The notes under the pieces were generated by a model that did no database searches, was not told the DNA's origin, and worked only from the letters and a program-made list of their open reading frames with translations. A stretch of 62,855 nucleotides of DNA, counting the filler, from Nemertoderma westbladi (taxonomy: Eukaryota; Animalia; Xenacoelomorpha), in the NCBI GenBank assembly GCA_032718475.1. It is 4 parts of 4 records of this genome, joined end to end, with 100 filler letters (N's around TTAATTAATTAA, not from the genome) between each part and the next. Parts side by side here need not be neighbours in the genome. Positions count along the whole stretch, not along the records: positions 58,644 to 62,855 come from JAUCBJ010001309.1; 3 more parts are not named here. One strand, written 5' to 3'. The position numbers were made by a program, and so were the translations under genes. Every line of letters begins with the position of its first letter. The stretch's first letter is position 1. Positions 61,603 through 62,855 of this stretch are shown here, piece by piece.

Positions 61603-62129
61603 GTAGGCTATGCGCAAGTGTTTTCAGAATTACACTTCTACCTACCTATATTTAAATAAATAAAATTGCAACGTACAATAATTAATTACACATGCGTACA
61701 CGCCAGCACGCGTAACCTACAGTATATGCATGTGGTAATACAACACTGATAGTTAGTAAGTGATGAAGCCTATCTTAGTAATGGAGATTAGTCAATTACA
61801 GTGTTGTAAATAATCTAGCAATCATTGTCCTGAAAACAGTTTGATCTTTTCCCCACTGGGCTACTGGACTTAAAAACAGAAATAAATTTGCATTAGGGTA
61901 GTCGAATCCAACCAAATCTCATCCACAATTTATGTGTATACATTATGTAAAATCAATAACAAATACACCAAACAATGGTGTATATAGTAAATATAACTTT
62001 ACTATCTAAGTTAATTAGTCCAGATTCAGAAAAGTCATCTGGAGTTACGTGGTGTATGTCTAGGTCTATCATCTTTAATAAATCTGAGCAAACAATTATT
62101 ATTATAAATATAAATAATTTATATTTTAG

Positions 62130-62582
62130 GTAAAACTGCAGATTTGGGATACGGCTGGCCAGGAGCGCTTCCGTACAATAACATCGACATATTACCGCGG
62201 CACGCACGGCGTTATCGTTGTGTATGACGTCACGGCCGCTGATACATTCGTTAGCGTTAAAAGATGGCTCAATGAAATAGCGCAGAATTGCGACAACGTC
62301 GGCAAATTGTTGGTCGGCAATAAATGCGACTGTGAGCCGGGTCAACGCGCCGTAGTATTCGCAGATGCCACCTCGTATGCCGAACAAAACGGCATTGAAT
62401 TGTTTGAGACTAGTGCGAAGGAAAATATTAATGTCGAGCCAATGTTTAATCGGATTACGGCCATTGTTCTTAAGCATAAAAAAGTACTGGCTTCATCGGC
62501 TTCTTCTAGAGAAACTGGCGGCCTCCACGTCCAGGGTGCTAAGCATAAACGCAAGAGCAAATTGAAGTGCTCTGTATTGTGA
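62130..62582 (+). CDS. RAB35: Ras-related protein Rab35, exon 2 (total 208 aa)
   Basis: ttttag|[27 protein letters not shown] (Rab35 signature), GNKCD, ETSAK, C-terminal [11 protein letters not shown]. Confidence 0.92.
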   Translation, partial: VKLQIWDTAGQERFRTITSTYYRGTHGVIVVYDVTAADTFVSVKRWLNEIAQNCDNVGKLLVGNKCDCEPGQRAVVFADATSYAEQNGIELFETSAKENINVEPMFNRITAIVLKHKKVLASSASSRETGGLHVQGAKHKRKSKLKCSVL

Positions 62583-62855
62583 TCGACCCAATTTGGTTTC
62601 GTTTCAGTCAATTCGATATTAATTACGTAGTGTTTATTTAATATGATATATACGGTATATACAGACAAAACCAACCAATTCCACATTCAGGCTGATTAAA
62701 CACACTGGTACCGGTAATGAAGTTAAGGATTATTTAAATGGCACGTCGCGCTTATTTTCGTTTTATATCATACAAAATCCCATTCTCTACCACCAAACAA
62801 ATTAACATATTAATTATGTTACATTGAATTATTGATTCTCCATATAATTATTATT

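Overview
AT-rich animal (invertebrate-like) genomic window made of four contigs joined by 100-bp N spacers (18056-18155, 40901-41000, 58544-58643). Host genes: a spliced Rh-family ammonium transporter (minus strand; exons 1-7 seen, 3' end not in the window), a 5-exon alkaline ceramidase (279 aa), an intronless ARM-TIR-SAM protein with an MGC N-terminus (720 aa) and a 2-exon Rab35 (208 aa). The rest is mobile DNA and repeats: LINE fragments, a tRNA-derived SINE, several MITEs, a decayed Gypsy element, a BEL/Pao-like LTR element and many tandem arrays. Most notable: (1) the BEL/Pao-like element lacks RT/RNase H/integrase but carries an extra ~860-codon ORF with a DEDDy (WRN/EXD-like) 3'-5' exonuclease and zinc knuckles; (2) a ~9.8-kb satellite is a ~290-fold amplification of the Rh exon 7 / splice-donor junction (CAG|GTGAGT); (3) a 42-bp satellite whose two main variants keep a hairpin through a compensatory change. 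All calls were made by eye; no searches were run.
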